A stretch of DNA of 64,000 nucleotides from a virus (taxonomy: Duplodnaviria; Caudoviricetes), in the IMG/VR virus record IMGVR_UViG_3300033463_000005, positions 160,001 to 224,000 of that record; one strand, written 5' to 3'. Positions 41,536 through 51,568 of the stretch are shown one piece after another. A model generated the notes under the pieces. That model had not been told where the DNA came from. It saw only the letters and a list, made by a program, of their open reading frames with translations, and made no database searches. The position numbers and the translations under genes are program-made. How positions within the stretch are numbered: position 1 is the first letter of the stretch; each line of letters starts with the position of its first letter.

Positions 41536-42465
41536 TCATAATGTTCCGGAATGCTCAACATGAATTTTCATCATGTTTGCCCAGTATTCTGCATATGAAC
41601 CCGGATTGCAGACGACCGTGAACATTCCACATCCTTCAAATGTGTCCTCATAGATCTTCTTGACAGAATCAGGAATCTTCACAATTGTCAAAGACTCGCA
41701 ATTAGAGAATGCTTTTCTGTCAATACGTTCGCAACCTTCCGTGATATACACGGCTTCTAGTTTCGTACAGTAAGCAAATGCTTCTTCCTCAATGCGTTTG
41801 ATATTATTTTGAATAGATAATGTTTTGATTGCAGTTCCACAAGCATATCGCTCTGGAATTGAAGTCACATCGTAATTGAATGGAATTGGAACGTTCTCAA
41901 GATTTTCGCATCCCGCGAATATTCTTTTTTCGATACCAGTGATATTTGAATTGTCGAGACCGCTTATTGTTTTCAATGCACTACATCCATAGAAAGCGCC
42001 TTCTTGGATTTTCAATGTCGGATTGTTGTTGAATGTTACGGTTGTAAGACTTTGCAGGTAATGCATAGCCCAGCACTCAATAAGATGAACCGTGTTCGGT
42101 ATCTCGATTGTTTCCACATTCGGAATGTATCCTGTTGGTCCACAAATAATACATGTATCATTTTTGATTATGATGTGTTTTGTTGTCTCAAGACAACGGA
42201 GGTCTGTTTTTGTAAATGGGCCAATTTCAACAGTCAATCTATCGTGTGAATATACCGTGGCTTCTGCGCGTTGACCAATAGCTTGCAATACATCATTGAT
42301 TTCTCTTTGAGTATCACGCTCTATAGAAATGACATCAACGGTGAAATGGCGACCCCAACCGTCGCTGTCGGTTTTCTTTGTATCAATATATATCTCCGGG
42401 TATCCGTTTGATTCATAAAATTCTCTGCCGTTTTTTGCAGCAGGAACTTCAAACACCTTGATCAT
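41536..42465 (-). CDS. BspA-type leucine-rich-repeat protein
   Basis: Repeated IxxxAFxxCxxLxxIxIP units; GSYAEYWA cap. Confidence 0.9.
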   Translation of the reverse strand: MIKVFEVPAAKNGREFYESNGYPEIYIDTKKTDSDGWGRHFTVDVISIERDTQREINDVLQAIGQRAEATVYSHDRLTVEIGPFTKTDLRCLETTKHIIIKNDTCIICGPTGYIPNVETIEIPNTVHLIECWAMHYLQSLTTVTFNNNPTLKIQEGAFYGCSALKTISGLDNSNITGIEKRIFAGCENLENVPIPFNYDVTSIPERYACGTAIKTLSIQNNIKRIEEEAFAYCTKLEAVYITEGCERIDRKAFSNCESLTIVKIPDSVKKIYEDTFEGCGMFTVVCNPGSYAEYWANMMKIHVEHSGTL

Positions 42466-42483
42466 AATTATTTCTCCTTCTTT

Positions 42484-42822
42484 CTATCCTTGATGAAATG
42501 TGACAGTTTCATCCACTGGTGTCACATCAATGTTGTCCGTACAAATTGTTGTTTTGCACGGATATTTACCATTGTTTGTCCGATAATTGTAGACCTTAAA
42601 CTCATACTTACGGTCGGAGAAATCAAATGTGCGAGACGGGAGCACATCTGCTCCCGTTCCATTCGTGTTTGTTTCCCATTTTGCTTCACAACAAAACTTG
42701 ATTTGATAATCACCATTTCCCGCTTTTTCAATGTTCTCAAGAATCGTTTTCAACTGACTCACTGTCATGTTCTTCAGCCTCCGTTGTACCAGTCGAATGC
42801 ACCGGCAATGATCATATGCCAC
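42484..42822 (-). CDS. hypothetical protein (true start likely MTVSQL at ~42768)
   Basis: GGAGG upstream of MTVSQLK. Confidence 0.7.
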   Translation of the reverse strand: MAYDHCRCIRLVQRRLKNMTVSQLKTILENIEKAGNGDYQIKFCCEAKWETNTNGTGADVLPSRTFDFSDRKYEFKVYNYRTNNGKYPCKTTICTDNIDVTPVDETVTFHQG

Positions 42823-43079
42823 AATCTGTCGGTAGTTCTAATCGCTCTATCTGTTCCTTCGCAATCCAGCAGAGTTATCTCATGCTTCTCACGAGGTCTC
42901 GGGTGAACGAAGATTCTGTATCCTTTGCTGAATAATTTACCATCACAGAAATACAATTGCGTTGTGTGTACATGTTCATGTCGTGTGATCTTCTTTTCAA
43001 CTTTTTCATATGAATGCACGATTGGATATGAGTTCGGTACCTCATACAGATACAGATGAAACTCTGGATGGTCGCACAT
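42774..43079 (-). CDS. hypothetical protein
   Basis: ORF in operon, GGAGG RBS. Confidence 0.75.
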   Translation of the reverse strand: MCDHPEFHLYLYEVPNSYPIVHSYEKVEKKITRHEHVHTTQLYFCDGKLFSKGYRIFVHPRPREKHEITLLDCEGTDRAIRTTDRLWHMIIAGAFDWYNGG

Positions 43080-43080
43080 T

Positions 43081-43557
43081 TTATTTTTCCTCCGTATTAA
43101 GAGATTGATTAAGAATTCGATGGAATTCTTCCGCTCGTTTCATATCTTTATCCCAATCTTCCTTGGACGGTGGGACATACGGCGGAAGGTTACTCATGAA
43201 TTCAGTAAATGCCTCTTTTGAGCGAAGCTGTGGTGGAAGTGGTTTGACCTTAGCAGTTTCTTCGAGAACCTTACCGACAGCTTCCTCAATCGCGCCATAC
43301 CACCCACCATCAACGAGGTCTTTCATCATCGCAGACATATTTTCATTTTTAGCATGACTGTCGAGTGCTGTCTCAAGCTTTTCGACAAACTCGTCTTTGC
43401 TTAAGTCTTTCCACTCTTTCAGAAGTTGGTATCTGGATTTCCCGTAATAACCAGATACGATACACCATTCCTTCACCCATTCTTTGTAATCAGAATGTCG
43501 ATTGAGTTTATGTTTATGAATCAGGCGAGTTATCCTTTTACGTTTCTTCCAGTTCAT
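43081..43557 (-). CDS. hypothetical protein, basic N-terminus MNWKKR
   Basis: Coupled ORF. Confidence 0.8.
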   Translation of the reverse strand: MNWKKRKRITRLIHKHKLNRHSDYKEWVKEWCIVSGYYGKSRYQLLKEWKDLSKDEFVEKLETALDSHAKNENMSAMMKDLVDGGWYGAIEEAVGKVLEETAKVKPLPPQLRSKEAFTEFMSNLPPYVPPSKEDWDKDMKRAEEFHRILNQSLNTEEK

Positions 43558-43865
43558 AGTGGTCTTCTTCCTTCCTGTAATTCAGATTCATACCAGTCTA
43601 ATGCGAATCTGGCATTGTTTGTGATATACTTTAAGAATTTCTGCTCTTTGTCTGTGAACTTTGGACACTCCCCTTGGAAGTAAGTACACAGACAGTGCTC
43701 AGTACGGCTACATTCAAAATCCCAACATACGCCGATAGCCTTAATCTTGACGAATTGGTTATAGTATCCCGGCGTAATCAGTTTCCGGTTTTTGTAGTAA
43801 TAACCGTATTTTGAATTGTATCTTCGTGTAATCTTACGAAGTCTGCACCGCTTCTTCCAGTTCAT
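43554..43865 (-). CDS. hypothetical Cys-rich protein, basic N-terminus MNWKKR
   Basis: Coupled ORF. Confidence 0.75.
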   Translation of the reverse strand: MNWKKRCRLRKITRRYNSKYGYYYKNRKLITPGYYNQFVKIKAIGVCWDFECSRTEHCLCTYFQGECPKFTDKEQKFLKYITNNARFALDWYESELQEGRRPL

Positions 43866-44307
43866 TCAAACATCCCTTTCGTACACAGAATTCTCTTAAC
43901 TCTGGGAGTAGAGTTGAATTGATATAATCTTCATGCAGGTCATACCAATCATTCCACATTAACTCAAAATACTTCGATTCTTCGAAACCAGTCATGGAGT
44001 CAGAAGCTCTGATTGCAAGTCGATACATCAGATATCTTTGCTTTAACGTCATTTCCTGCATATACTCCATCAGAGCTCTAACAAGATGACGTTCAGGACG
44101 ATCCTTGTTTTCCGGTTTATCACAATCCGCAAGCGTTGCATTGACACACGCAATATCCAGGTTTTCATCATCAACAACGACATGCGCCATACCACCACAT
44201 GAACACCCATCCAATGTATAAATCATCCATGTCAACACGATGCAAATTTGCATATTTGGGTGCCATTGTACACGTTCAATATTTGTAGAATTCATTTTCT
44301 CATTCAT
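43834..44307 (-). CDS. hypothetical protein (GGxxHVVVDDEN motif)
   Basis: 157-aa ORF. Confidence 0.8.
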   Translation of the reverse strand: MNEKMNSTNIERVQWHPNMQICIVLTWMIYTLDGCSCGGMAHVVVDDENLDIACVNATLADCDKPENKDRPERHLVRALMEYMQEMTLKQRYLMYRLAIRASDSMTGFEESKYFELMWNDWYDLHEDYINSTLLPELREFCVRKGCLNELEEAVQTS

Positions 44308-44780
44308 ATCATGGCCTCTTTCAGTTTCCGGTCTACTTCCTCATGAACCCGACGTTTTTGTTCCGCAAACCATTCATCCTCAGAAATTTCAATGATGTAT
44401 ATGGGAAGGGTTTTCCCATCGTCTCTGAAGTCCTGAGGTGAAATTCCAATATTTCCTCTTCTCGGCATTCCATCGGACTGCATGATTCTTGCAGGTACCA
44501 TCCATTCATCAAATGTGCACCCACCAATCATCATCCATTGTTCTTTCGGAACATCGATGACAGTGAACCACTCGTCGCAGTGAGTCGGGTTCACAATATT
44601 TCCCATCTTTCGGAAATACCGACCAATGAGCGGTTTGAATATTTCCTTTACGGGGTCCGTGATTTTTGTATTGATATCCGAGATCTTATTCCTCAATTCA
44701 TCAATCTCTTTCTCAAGGGCAAGTTTATCCTCAATAAGAGAACTCATGTCTTTAAATTCTTCATGTGTCATATTATTCAT
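44304..44780 (-). CDS. hypothetical protein (possible paralog of 38394..39020)
   Basis: Coiled coil, GRYFR, EISEDEW. Confidence 0.8.
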   Translation of the reverse strand: MNNMTHEEFKDMSSLIEDKLALEKEIDELRNKISDINTKITDPVKEIFKPLIGRYFRKMGNIVNPTHCDEWFTVIDVPKEQWMMIGGCTFDEWMVPARIMQSDGMPRRGNIGISPQDFRDDGKTLPIYIIEISEDEWFAEQKRRVHEEVDRKLKEAMI

Positions 44781-45105
44781 CCTTCCTCTCTTTGATATAA
44801 TAATCTTGATAAAATTTTCTTATTTCTTCATGAAATGTCCTTTCAACCAGATCAAAATCAATTAGGACCTTGTCAGCATCATCCCAATCATCAGAATCTG
44901 GATGTTTCGGTTTATAGTTGTCCAATGTAATAGGGAAATTCCATTGCGGTTCTCCACCGCTGGGTTCACTGATATGTATTACAGGACATCTACTATTACC
45001 GAATGATTGCATACGAATATCAAAATCATATCCATGATTAATAAACTTATGATATCCCAAAACTTGTACTTCCGCCAGAGATACTCGTTCTTCCATATCA
45101 ATCAC
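44773..45105 (-). CDS. hypothetical protein
   Basis: ORF in operon. Confidence 0.75.
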   Translation of the reverse strand: MIDMEERVSLAEVQVLGYHKFINHGYDFDIRMQSFGNSRCPVIHISEPSGGEPQWNFPITLDNYKPKHPDSDDWDDADKVLIDFDLVERTFHEEIRKFYQDYYIKERKDE

Positions 45106-45442
45106 ATCCCAATATCAATGTATTAAACTCCGCAGCGAAATACGATGTGTTGTAATGTTTTTCTTTGAATTGTTGATAAAATTTATCCAGACATTCAGTA
45201 GAGCAAATATCATACCACTGAATGGAATCGATTGAATCATTGCCCCATTCACGATGTCCGGTATTGACACGGATATACACGGAATGTTCTTTGATTTCCT
45301 TTTTGCATATATCACATGTGCAACCGGTTTCAAATATTTTTGTAAACTTATGTTTGATTATTTTACCGGTTGCTTTCTCTAATTTCTTGACTTCTTCCGG
45401 TGTATAATATGCACACACCAATCTCTGTTTCATTCTTGCCAT
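45098..45442 (-). CDS. zinc-finger protein
   Basis: CDICK...DICSTEC. Confidence 0.75.
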   Translation of the reverse strand: MARMKQRLVCAYYTPEEVKKLEKATGKIIKHKFTKIFETGCTCDICKKEIKEHSVYIRVNTGHREWGNDSIDSIQWYDICSTECLDKFYQQFKEKHYNTSYFAAEFNTLILGCD

Positions 45443-45458
45443 GTTACATCATCCTTTC

Positions 45459-45881
45459 TTAATCTGCAAAATTTCCGAACATTTCACGATTAAATGTGCC
45501 ACCGTCTTCGATAATAATCGTGCGCGGTCCAGTATGTGTTGATAATCTGACAATACCAACTGTAGTACCCGAAAAACGTTTACCAACAACTTCCGACCAT
45601 GAATACATCCGTTGTTGTTTTGTCGATGCATTCATTGCAAATGCATATTCACCGACAATATGTTCTGGTAATCTCCAACCAAATCCAGCAGGTTTGAAAT
45701 ATTGATTTGCTAAATGCTCATCAAATACTTCTTTCATGTTTGGTGGAATCTCAACATTTAGAACATCACCACGTTCACCCCGTCTCAATAAGATATCTCG
45801 GACAATATCAAGATCTTCTGTCAGGTTAATATCATATATTCCGATTTTCATCATGTTCCTCCTTATCAATGTCTTTGTCAA
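45459..45881 (-). CDS. hypothetical protein (true start likely MMKIG)
   Basis: AAGGAGG upstream of an internal ATG. Confidence 0.75.
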   Translation of the reverse strand: MTKTLIRRNMMKIGIYDINLTEDLDIVRDILLRRGERGDVLNVEIPPNMKEVFDEHLANQYFKPAGFGWRLPEHIVGEYAFAMNASTKQQRMYSWSEVVGKRFSGTTVGIVRLSTHTGPRTIIIEDGGTFNREMFGNFAD

Positions 45882-46362
45882 TGGTTATAATATCAGAATC
45901 TTGTAATAACATGAATCCTTTCATGTTCATTTCATCTTGGATGAATTTGAATAACCGCTGAAATATTTTAAAATCATATGAGTAAAATGGTTGCCCATAA
46001 AATTTATCTTTATAATTCTTCAATCGATTTGCATAGTATAATACACACCCGCGGTGCATAACAATGACTGGAAAATCGAAATCATCATAAAATGCAGTAA
46101 TTGTACGTTGACCATTTGGATTTGAATAATAATTAACACGGATATATACCTCGGGGCTATCATGTTTTTCCATGTTGATATAGTTTATTTGAAAAATGAA
46201 TCCGCCATGTGAACGAAATGTCCACGACGATGATATCAAACATTTCATTTCATCCATCATAATCGTGCGCTCCAAACATTCTTGGATCGTATATCTTGTA
46301 ATTGGCATAATAAACCTCCATATGAAAATATAAAAATAGAATGGGGCGCACATGCGCCCCAT
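45832..46362 (-). CDS. hypothetical protein (true start likely MPITR at ~46308)
   Basis: GGAGG upstream of MPITR. Confidence 0.75.
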   Translation of the reverse strand: MGRMCAPFYFYIFIWRFIMPITRYTIQECLERTIMMDEMKCLISSSWTFRSHGGFIFQINYINMEKHDSPEVYIRVNYYSNPNGQRTITAFYDDFDFPVIVMHRGCVLYYANRLKNYKDKFYGQPFYSYDFKIFQRLFKFIQDEMNMKGFMLLQDSDIITIDKDIDKEEHDENRNI

Positions 46363-46364
46363 TC
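46339..46364 (-). terminator. GGGG-CACATG-CCCC family hairpin terminator
   Basis: GAATGGGGCGCA-CA-TGCGCCCCATTC with U-tract on minus strand. Confidence 0.8.
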
Positions 46365-46365
46365 A

Positions 46366-46737
46366 TTATTCTTTATTCGAAGTTGGTTTTGCAGGTGTAT
46401 AAAAGATATTATATTGATTCCGAAGAATCCGAATACCCACTTCTACTTGGGTTTCTGATAGATATGCTTTTACCGTGAAATGAACATTTAATTCATTCAC
46501 GATAATTGGGGCGGATTTATTCACCCAATATGATTTGGCGACTAACTCACCAGGTTTGTATCGTTTGATATAATCAATCATATCTTGTGCATTGAATTCT
46601 GTCTCTGAACAAAATGTCAATGTTGACATGATACCACCACCCAATTCTGCACCAGATGATGTAACCATCGTGCATGGTAGTTGTTTAAACTCCCAATTGT
46701 TGATCTTCATTTTCATCGTCTCCTTTTTGCAATTCAT
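46366..46737 (-). CDS. hypothetical protein
   Basis: ORF in operon. Confidence 0.75.
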   Translation of the reverse strand: MNCKKETMKMKINNWEFKQLPCTMVTSSGAELGGGIMSTLTFCSETEFNAQDMIDYIKRYKPGELVAKSYWVNKSAPIIVNELNVHFTVKAYLSETQVEVGIRILRNQYNIFYTPAKPTSNKE

Positions 46738-47032
46738 AATTCATCCGTGATTCAAATTGAACCGGATTTATATGTGTTGTCTTTTGTGGATCCATAATTA
46801 CATCAGAAATTGTATCATTATCTGATAATTCTTTTAAATATTTGACAATACTATCATTTTCCATTCCCGGCATGCATTTATCAGATATCACGTCTCGTGC
46901 AATTTCATTGATTTTCCGCCTTGATGCATATGGACAATCATCATCGAAATCACACAAAGGTCCATCACTGGTGATACATTCTGGTGGACACAATCCACCG
47001 GGTGGATATGGACATGGGAATTTTATAGGCAT
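46685..47032 (-). CDS. hypothetical protein with Cys/Pro-rich N-terminus
   Basis: AGGAGG RBS. Confidence 0.7.
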   Translation of the reverse strand: MPIKFPCPYPPGGLCPPECITSDGPLCDFDDDCPYASRRKINEIARDVISDKCMPGMENDSIVKYLKELSDNDTISDVIMDPQKTTHINPVQFESRMNYELQKGDDENEDQQLGV

Positions 47033-47033
47033 A

Positions 47034-47456
47034 TTATTTCCTCCTACGTTTCACAAAGAATGTCACAACATTTGTCGGTTCAAGAACATCAATCATGCCC
47101 GTTGTTTTATTCACATAAAATTTTCGTCCAAATTCATATCGTGCTGCATGTGACCTACCAGCATGTTCATCCATACGTCCACGGACGTATACCGAGTGTA
47201 AAACAGCGCTTAATAGTTTTGATCCACATTTCATATCCATTGTGGAATATGATACATGATATGCATTTTCAAATACATAATACGGGATTCCTTCACGTAA
47301 TAACATATCCCGAATCATTTCAACTGGATATGGTGTTCCCGGGATAATACTATTTTCAGAGAAGAACACTTTCAGTTTTGTCTCATACTGTTCTCGCAAT
47401 TCTTTATTCTCGAGATAATGAGCTTCGTCATGTTTTGTTAAATCATGATTACGCAT
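47034..47456 (-). CDS. hypothetical protein
   Basis: AAAGGAGG RBS. Confidence 0.8.
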   Translation of the reverse strand: MRNHDLTKHDEAHYLENKELREQYETKLKVFFSENSIIPGTPYPVEMIRDMLLREGIPYYVFENAYHVSYSTMDMKCGSKLLSAVLHSVYVRGRMDEHAGRSHAARYEFGRKFYVNKTTGMIDVLEPTNVVTFFVKRRRK

Positions 47457-47468
47457 AATAAACCTCCT

Positions 47469-47672
47469 TTATTCATCTTTCATGGAAGCACCGCATTTAT
47501 CGCATGCAGTTGTTCGAACATCAGTAGGATAACCACAGATAGAACAATAGTATTTCTTAAACTTGAAACCCCTACTCTTTTGGATGAGAATATGCTGTAT
47601 TGTTATTGTGTCCATACTTATTCTTGCAGCATATTCTTCAAGTGTCAACCATTCACCTTGCTGCACTATCAT
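47469..47672 (-). CDS. small zinc-ribbon protein
   Basis: YYCSICG...CDKCGASM. Confidence 0.75.
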   Translation of the reverse strand: MIVQQGEWLTLEEYAARISMDTITIQHILIQKSRGFKFKKYYCSICGYPTDVRTTACDKCGASMKDE

Positions 47673-47688
47673 ATTATCTTATCCTCCT

Positions 47689-48216
47689 TTAAGATGGCAA
47701 CTGTGGTTTCTTGATTTTATTTCCAGCACCAAAATTCCAATCAAATGAAATTATCTTTTCAAATACTGTCATATCTCCCCCTACCATTAATTGTAATTTC
47801 ATTGCATATTGTTTGATGTTGATTTTATCAATATGATGCTTTACCAACGACAATACAGCATCATCAGATGAATCATCATCAAAGTTGATGAAATTAAATG
47901 CTAACATCTGATAGATTGTAAAATTCAATTCATCTTCTGTGAACATTTGTGCTGCTTCAATAAAGATGTAAATATTGAATTGTTTGTTTAATATTTCACA
48001 TGTCGCCCATAATCCATTTCGTGGTATAAACGGAAAGATACGACTCAAATCTTCTTGATGTGTGAAGTATACTTTGACTTTTGGCAACATTTCCAATGCA
48101 CAAATAATTTCTTTCCATGTATGTTTCATGAATTTGTCATATGGAATAAATGGTTCACCGGTATCATCTCGGATTGGATGATACTTGGAATGTTTTATAT
48201 ATTTTGGAATTATCAT
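47689..48216 (-). CDS. hypothetical protein
   Basis: 175-aa ORF. Confidence 0.75.
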   Translation of the reverse strand: MIIPKYIKHSKYHPIRDDTGEPFIPYDKFMKHTWKEIICALEMLPKVKVYFTHQEDLSRIFPFIPRNGLWATCEILNKQFNIYIFIEAAQMFTEDELNFTIYQMLAFNFINFDDDSSDDAVLSLVKHHIDKINIKQYAMKLQLMVGGDMTVFEKIISFDWNFGAGNKIKKPQLPS

Positions 48217-48644
48217 TCTTTCAAATCTCCCATCGAATCAATTATTATTTTATCATTTGGATCATCAATTAATCGAATTGCGTCTCTCCATATTTTGAAT
48301 GTTATTATAAACTCACTTTCATAAATTGGCTTGGCATATTCATCGGTTTGACATTGTAATGGTAATTCTGTTGCATTTGGATCAAAAATTGTTCCTTTTA
48401 TCTTCTCAAAAGATTCTGGTGAACCTGGTGTGACACCATAAAATGCTGTAGCACCACAGAATCTTTTACCTGTTTTATCCTTTTTAATCATAATTAAATC
48501 GGCATCTGGAAATTTTTCTTGTAAACATGACACGATTTTATGTTGCAATGTTTCATATCGATATCGTTTATATGTTTTAAAACCTCCACGTTTTTGGAGT
48601 TTCTTTTTCATTCGTTTATTCATAAATACATGCCGTCCTTTCAA
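48213..48644 (-). CDS. hypothetical protein, basic N-terminus (MNKRMKKK)
   Basis: First gene after a promoter motif. Confidence 0.75.
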   Translation of the reverse strand: MKGRHVFMNKRMKKKLQKRGGFKTYKRYRYETLQHKIVSCLQEKFPDADLIMIKKDKTGKRFCGATAFYGVTPGSPESFEKIKGTIFDPNATELPLQCQTDEYAKPIYESEFIITFKIWRDAIRLIDDPNDKIIIDSMGDLKE

Positions 48645-48689
48645 TAATTATTTGACAAGTTATGAATGATTCATTGACTTGTTCACGTT

Positions 48690-48742
48690 AATAATATATA
48701 TTTAAACAGCAAGAAAAAATATGGGGCACATATGTGCCCCAT
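48690..48742 (-). promoter_or_regulatory. palindromic terminator (48721-48742) followed by early promoter motif ATATATTATT
   Basis: ATGGGGCACAT|ATGTGCCCCAT, U-tract, then motif. Confidence 0.75.
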
Positions 48743-48762
48743 GATATTACTTTGTCATCCTA

Positions 48763-49464
48763 TTATTCATAGAATATTTTTGGAAGACCTTTTGTCTTAC
48801 GTATTTTATCAAACGATTTTTTATGTTCTCTGATGACATTCATCATATCATCTTCCGTATGAAGTGTGATTCTAGTTCCATCATACATGGATAATACATT
48901 TGGAAACCACTTCAACACGCGTGGTGAATTAAATGAGAATATGATCTGAACATCCGGTCTTCTTTTGATGACACGTTTTATTTTTCTCATGATCATGTCA
49001 ATGTTATCAATTGATAAACCGGAATCGATTTCATCCATCAGAATGACATGATCAATACCTTCTTCAATGTCATCCATGTCAAATCCTCGTAATAAATCAT
49101 ATGCTGAATATATGATAGCTTGTCCTTCTGACATTAATTTTGAATTGAATGATTTTGAGAACTGAAATGCTGAATTGAAATCACCCATGTATGAATCTTT
49201 TCCGGTTTTCACATTGTCTCTTGCATTCATATATGAAAAACATTTTGTTCGCCCTTCCACAGTAATTTTCAATGTTTTTTCTTTATCAAATCCATTTTTA
49301 CAATAACCATTTGTTTCAATTGCTGAAATGAATGTTGATTTTCCAATGCCATTTGGGCCAAACAATGGGATGACACGTTCTGTGAATTGTATCACATCCA
49401 CTTTATCGAAGAAGAGAATCTTTGATAATTTCGTTTCAGGTATTACCTGAATTTCCTTCAGCAT
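48763..49464 (-). CDS. stand-alone ABC-type ATPase
   Basis: Walker A GPNGIGKST, signature MSEGQ, Walker B ILMDEIDSGLS. Confidence 0.85.
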   Translation of the reverse strand: MLKEIQVIPETKLSKILFFDKVDVIQFTERVIPLFGPNGIGKSTFISAIETNGYCKNGFDKEKTLKITVEGRTKCFSYMNARDNVKTGKDSYMGDFNSAFQFSKSFNSKLMSEGQAIIYSAYDLLRGFDMDDIEEGIDHVILMDEIDSGLSIDNIDMIMRKIKRVIKRRPDVQIIFSFNSPRVLKWFPNVLSMYDGTRITLHTEDDMMNVIREHKKSFDKIRKTKGLPKIFYE

Positions 49465-49996
49465 TCATATTTCCTCCATTTTTGAAATACTCGTCCGGTT
49501 TCTTATTGGTTAACACCATCAAAGAACCGGCCAAATATGAAATTATCCAACCGAGTCTCATATTCAGTTCTCGATGATTTATATCATTCATATCCGGAAC
49601 ACCACTTGGTTTGAATTCATAATCTAATTCACCTGTTTCATCATCAAATTTTACGATGAAATCTACCTGGGGAAGATTTTCACCAAATACTTTATCACCC
49701 CATCGAAGATTTTCGAAACATACACGAATCACATTGTGGTCTTCTGGACGAATGACAGTAAAGTGGTATGATTCATTTGCCAGTTTCCCGGTGATTGGAT
49801 CCATATCACGTTTCTCATCCGGGAAACATGTGATTGTACAACCCAACGCAGGACCATTGTCTCCATCCACATGTAAGAAGACAGTATCAATCTGCTCTGG
49901 TTTTATACCACTCTGAACCATCAATCCGACACATGAACCAATTACTTGGTGGAATGACAATTCCGTCGCTTCATTTATACCGCCAAATCTGAACAT
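49436..49996 (-). CDS. hypothetical protein
   Basis: AGGAGG RBS. Confidence 0.8.
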   Translation of the reverse strand: MFRFGGINEATELSFHQVIGSCVGLMVQSGIKPEQIDTVFLHVDGDNGPALGCTITCFPDEKRDMDPITGKLANESYHFTVIRPEDHNVIRVCFENLRWGDKVFGENLPQVDFIVKFDDETGELDYEFKPSGVPDMNDINHRELNMRLGWIISYLAGSLMVLTNKKPDEYFKNGGNMNAEGNSGNT

Positions 49997-50016
49997 TTTA
50001 AAATACCTCCTGTAAA

Positions 50017-50102
50017 ATAATTAATTTGGATATCTGTTTGTATCCAAATTAATTATATACATATAAAAAATAAAAATGTAAGGGGACTATGTCCCCTTAC
50101 AT
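50017..50102 (-). promoter_or_regulatory. terminator (50076-50102), early promoter motif GTATATAATT and 16-bp inverted repeat (50017-50056)
   Basis: ATGTAAGGGGAC-TAT-GTCCCCTTACAT; ATAATTAATTTGGATA-N8-TATCCAAATTAATTAT. Confidence 0.7.
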
Positions 50103-51173
50103 ATTATCAGTTTTCTTTTCTTTGTTAATTTGATTCTCGTAGTCAGATAATTGTGTGGTGGCATCAATCCCATATTTATCCTTGATATATGTGATCAACG
50201 CCGGTATCGGTTGTGATGCGGTTTCAGAAACATTTCCTTCCACAATTTCATCAACCGATAATTGCAAATCATCTTCATCAACGATTTCGTTCAATTGGAA
50301 TTTGATATTTGAATTCGTTGTCGAATTCATGATTCCACGATATGTCTCCATATCAGCTGTTGTTGATTGAATGATGAACCGGTGTGGAGTTTTGATTTCT
50401 TTGGCAATGTTTTCTCGCAATTGTTCCGGATTGGATATTTCAATCGTTTTGAATTCCATGGCAAATGGATTCCGATATGTTTCAACTTCATATTTATCAT
50501 TACACAAAAAGAACACGTTTGGTTCATCTTCACCATATCGCCATTGTAACCATGGACCTGCATAAAACACATTATTTCCGAAATCCGTATATCCGTGATA
50601 ATGCCCGAATACACAGATATCAGAAATCTCACCCAATAATTCTGCAGAATGAATGATCTCGTATTTCGCCGATTTGCATGGATTCTTTGTTGTTGATGCA
50701 ATTGGACCATGTCCAACAATCAAATCATAATGTTTATCTTTGAAGAATTTATCATATGAGATATCATCACCATATTCTTGCGGAAGAAATAGTACATGTT
50801 TTCCATTAAACAATACAACATCACAAGCATTCTCAATATAGAATACTTCCACGTTATCAATCTTTTGTAACATCGGGATGAAGATGTCGTATTGTTGTTG
50901 GTCATGCGTGTATGTCCCATGTACGAAATAAACAGGAACGTGTGTTCTGCCGTTTCTTCCACAGAAATTACATGCGAGATTTAATATGAAGAATGATGCA
51001 AATTTCATTTCATCGATTGTTAATTTATGATCAAACAGATCACCGGCAACGAAAATTGCATGACATTCTTCTTTGTGCTTTTTAATAATCCCCAGGAATT
51101 CGTTCAATGATTTGAGAAAATCCTCTTTCGGTAGTTTTACGCCAAGATGTGTATCTGCAATGAATGCGTACAT
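50097..51173 (-). CDS. sbcD: SbcD/Mre11-like metallophosphoesterase nuclease
   Basis: ADTHLG, GDLFD, GTYTHD, GHYH, YAGP...YGE. Confidence 0.8.
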   Translation of the reverse strand: MYAFIADTHLGVKLPKEDFLKSLNEFLGIIKKHKEECHAIFVAGDLFDHKLTIDEMKFASFFILNLACNFCGRNGRTHVPVYFVHGTYTHDQQQYDIFIPMLQKIDNVEVFYIENACDVVLFNGKHVLFLPQEYGDDISYDKFFKDKHYDLIVGHGPIASTTKNPCKSAKYEIIHSAELLGEISDICVFGHYHGYTDFGNNVFYAGPWLQWRYGEDEPNVFFLCNDKYEVETYRNPFAMEFKTIEISNPEQLRENIAKEIKTPHRFIIQSTTADMETYRGIMNSTTNSNIKFQLNEIVDEDDLQLSVDEIVEGNVSETASQPIPALITYIKDKYGIDATTQLSDYENQINKEKKTDNM

Positions 51174-51527
51174 TTATTCACCTTCCGTCTGTGATTGGAT
51201 ATTGTATACTGGTTCTTGTGTGAAACGCATCTTAATTCCATACCGTTTGCATACATCAAATTCTGTTAAACATCCAGGGGATTCATTCCATCCTGGTAGG
51301 AAGAAACATACATCCGCATCTGCCAATAGCATAATGGAATGTCCTAACATCTTAACACGATTCCCAACAATGTCATCCGGTTTTGTGAAACTATCGATGA
51401 ATTCCACTTCCGCGTCCTGTGGTAATTGCATACGAATCATTTGCATATTAAATTCTCTTGTTTTGATAATCTCTTCATCAGATAAACCTGCCATCGGTTG
51501 TGATATGAAAATTTTCATAACAATCAA
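51174..51527 (-). CDS. DUF4406 / nucleoside deoxyribosyltransferase-like protein
   Basis: KIFISQPMAG...LLADAD...GWNESPGCLTE. Confidence 0.75.
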   Translation of the reverse strand: MIVMKIFISQPMAGLSDEEIIKTREFNMQMIRMQLPQDAEVEFIDSFTKPDDIVGNRVKMLGHSIMLLADADVCFFLPGWNESPGCLTEFDVCKRYGIKMRFTQEPVYNIQSQTEGE

Positions 51528-51568
51528 CTCCTCTCAAATAAAAAATATATTTATTCGAAAATTATAAA

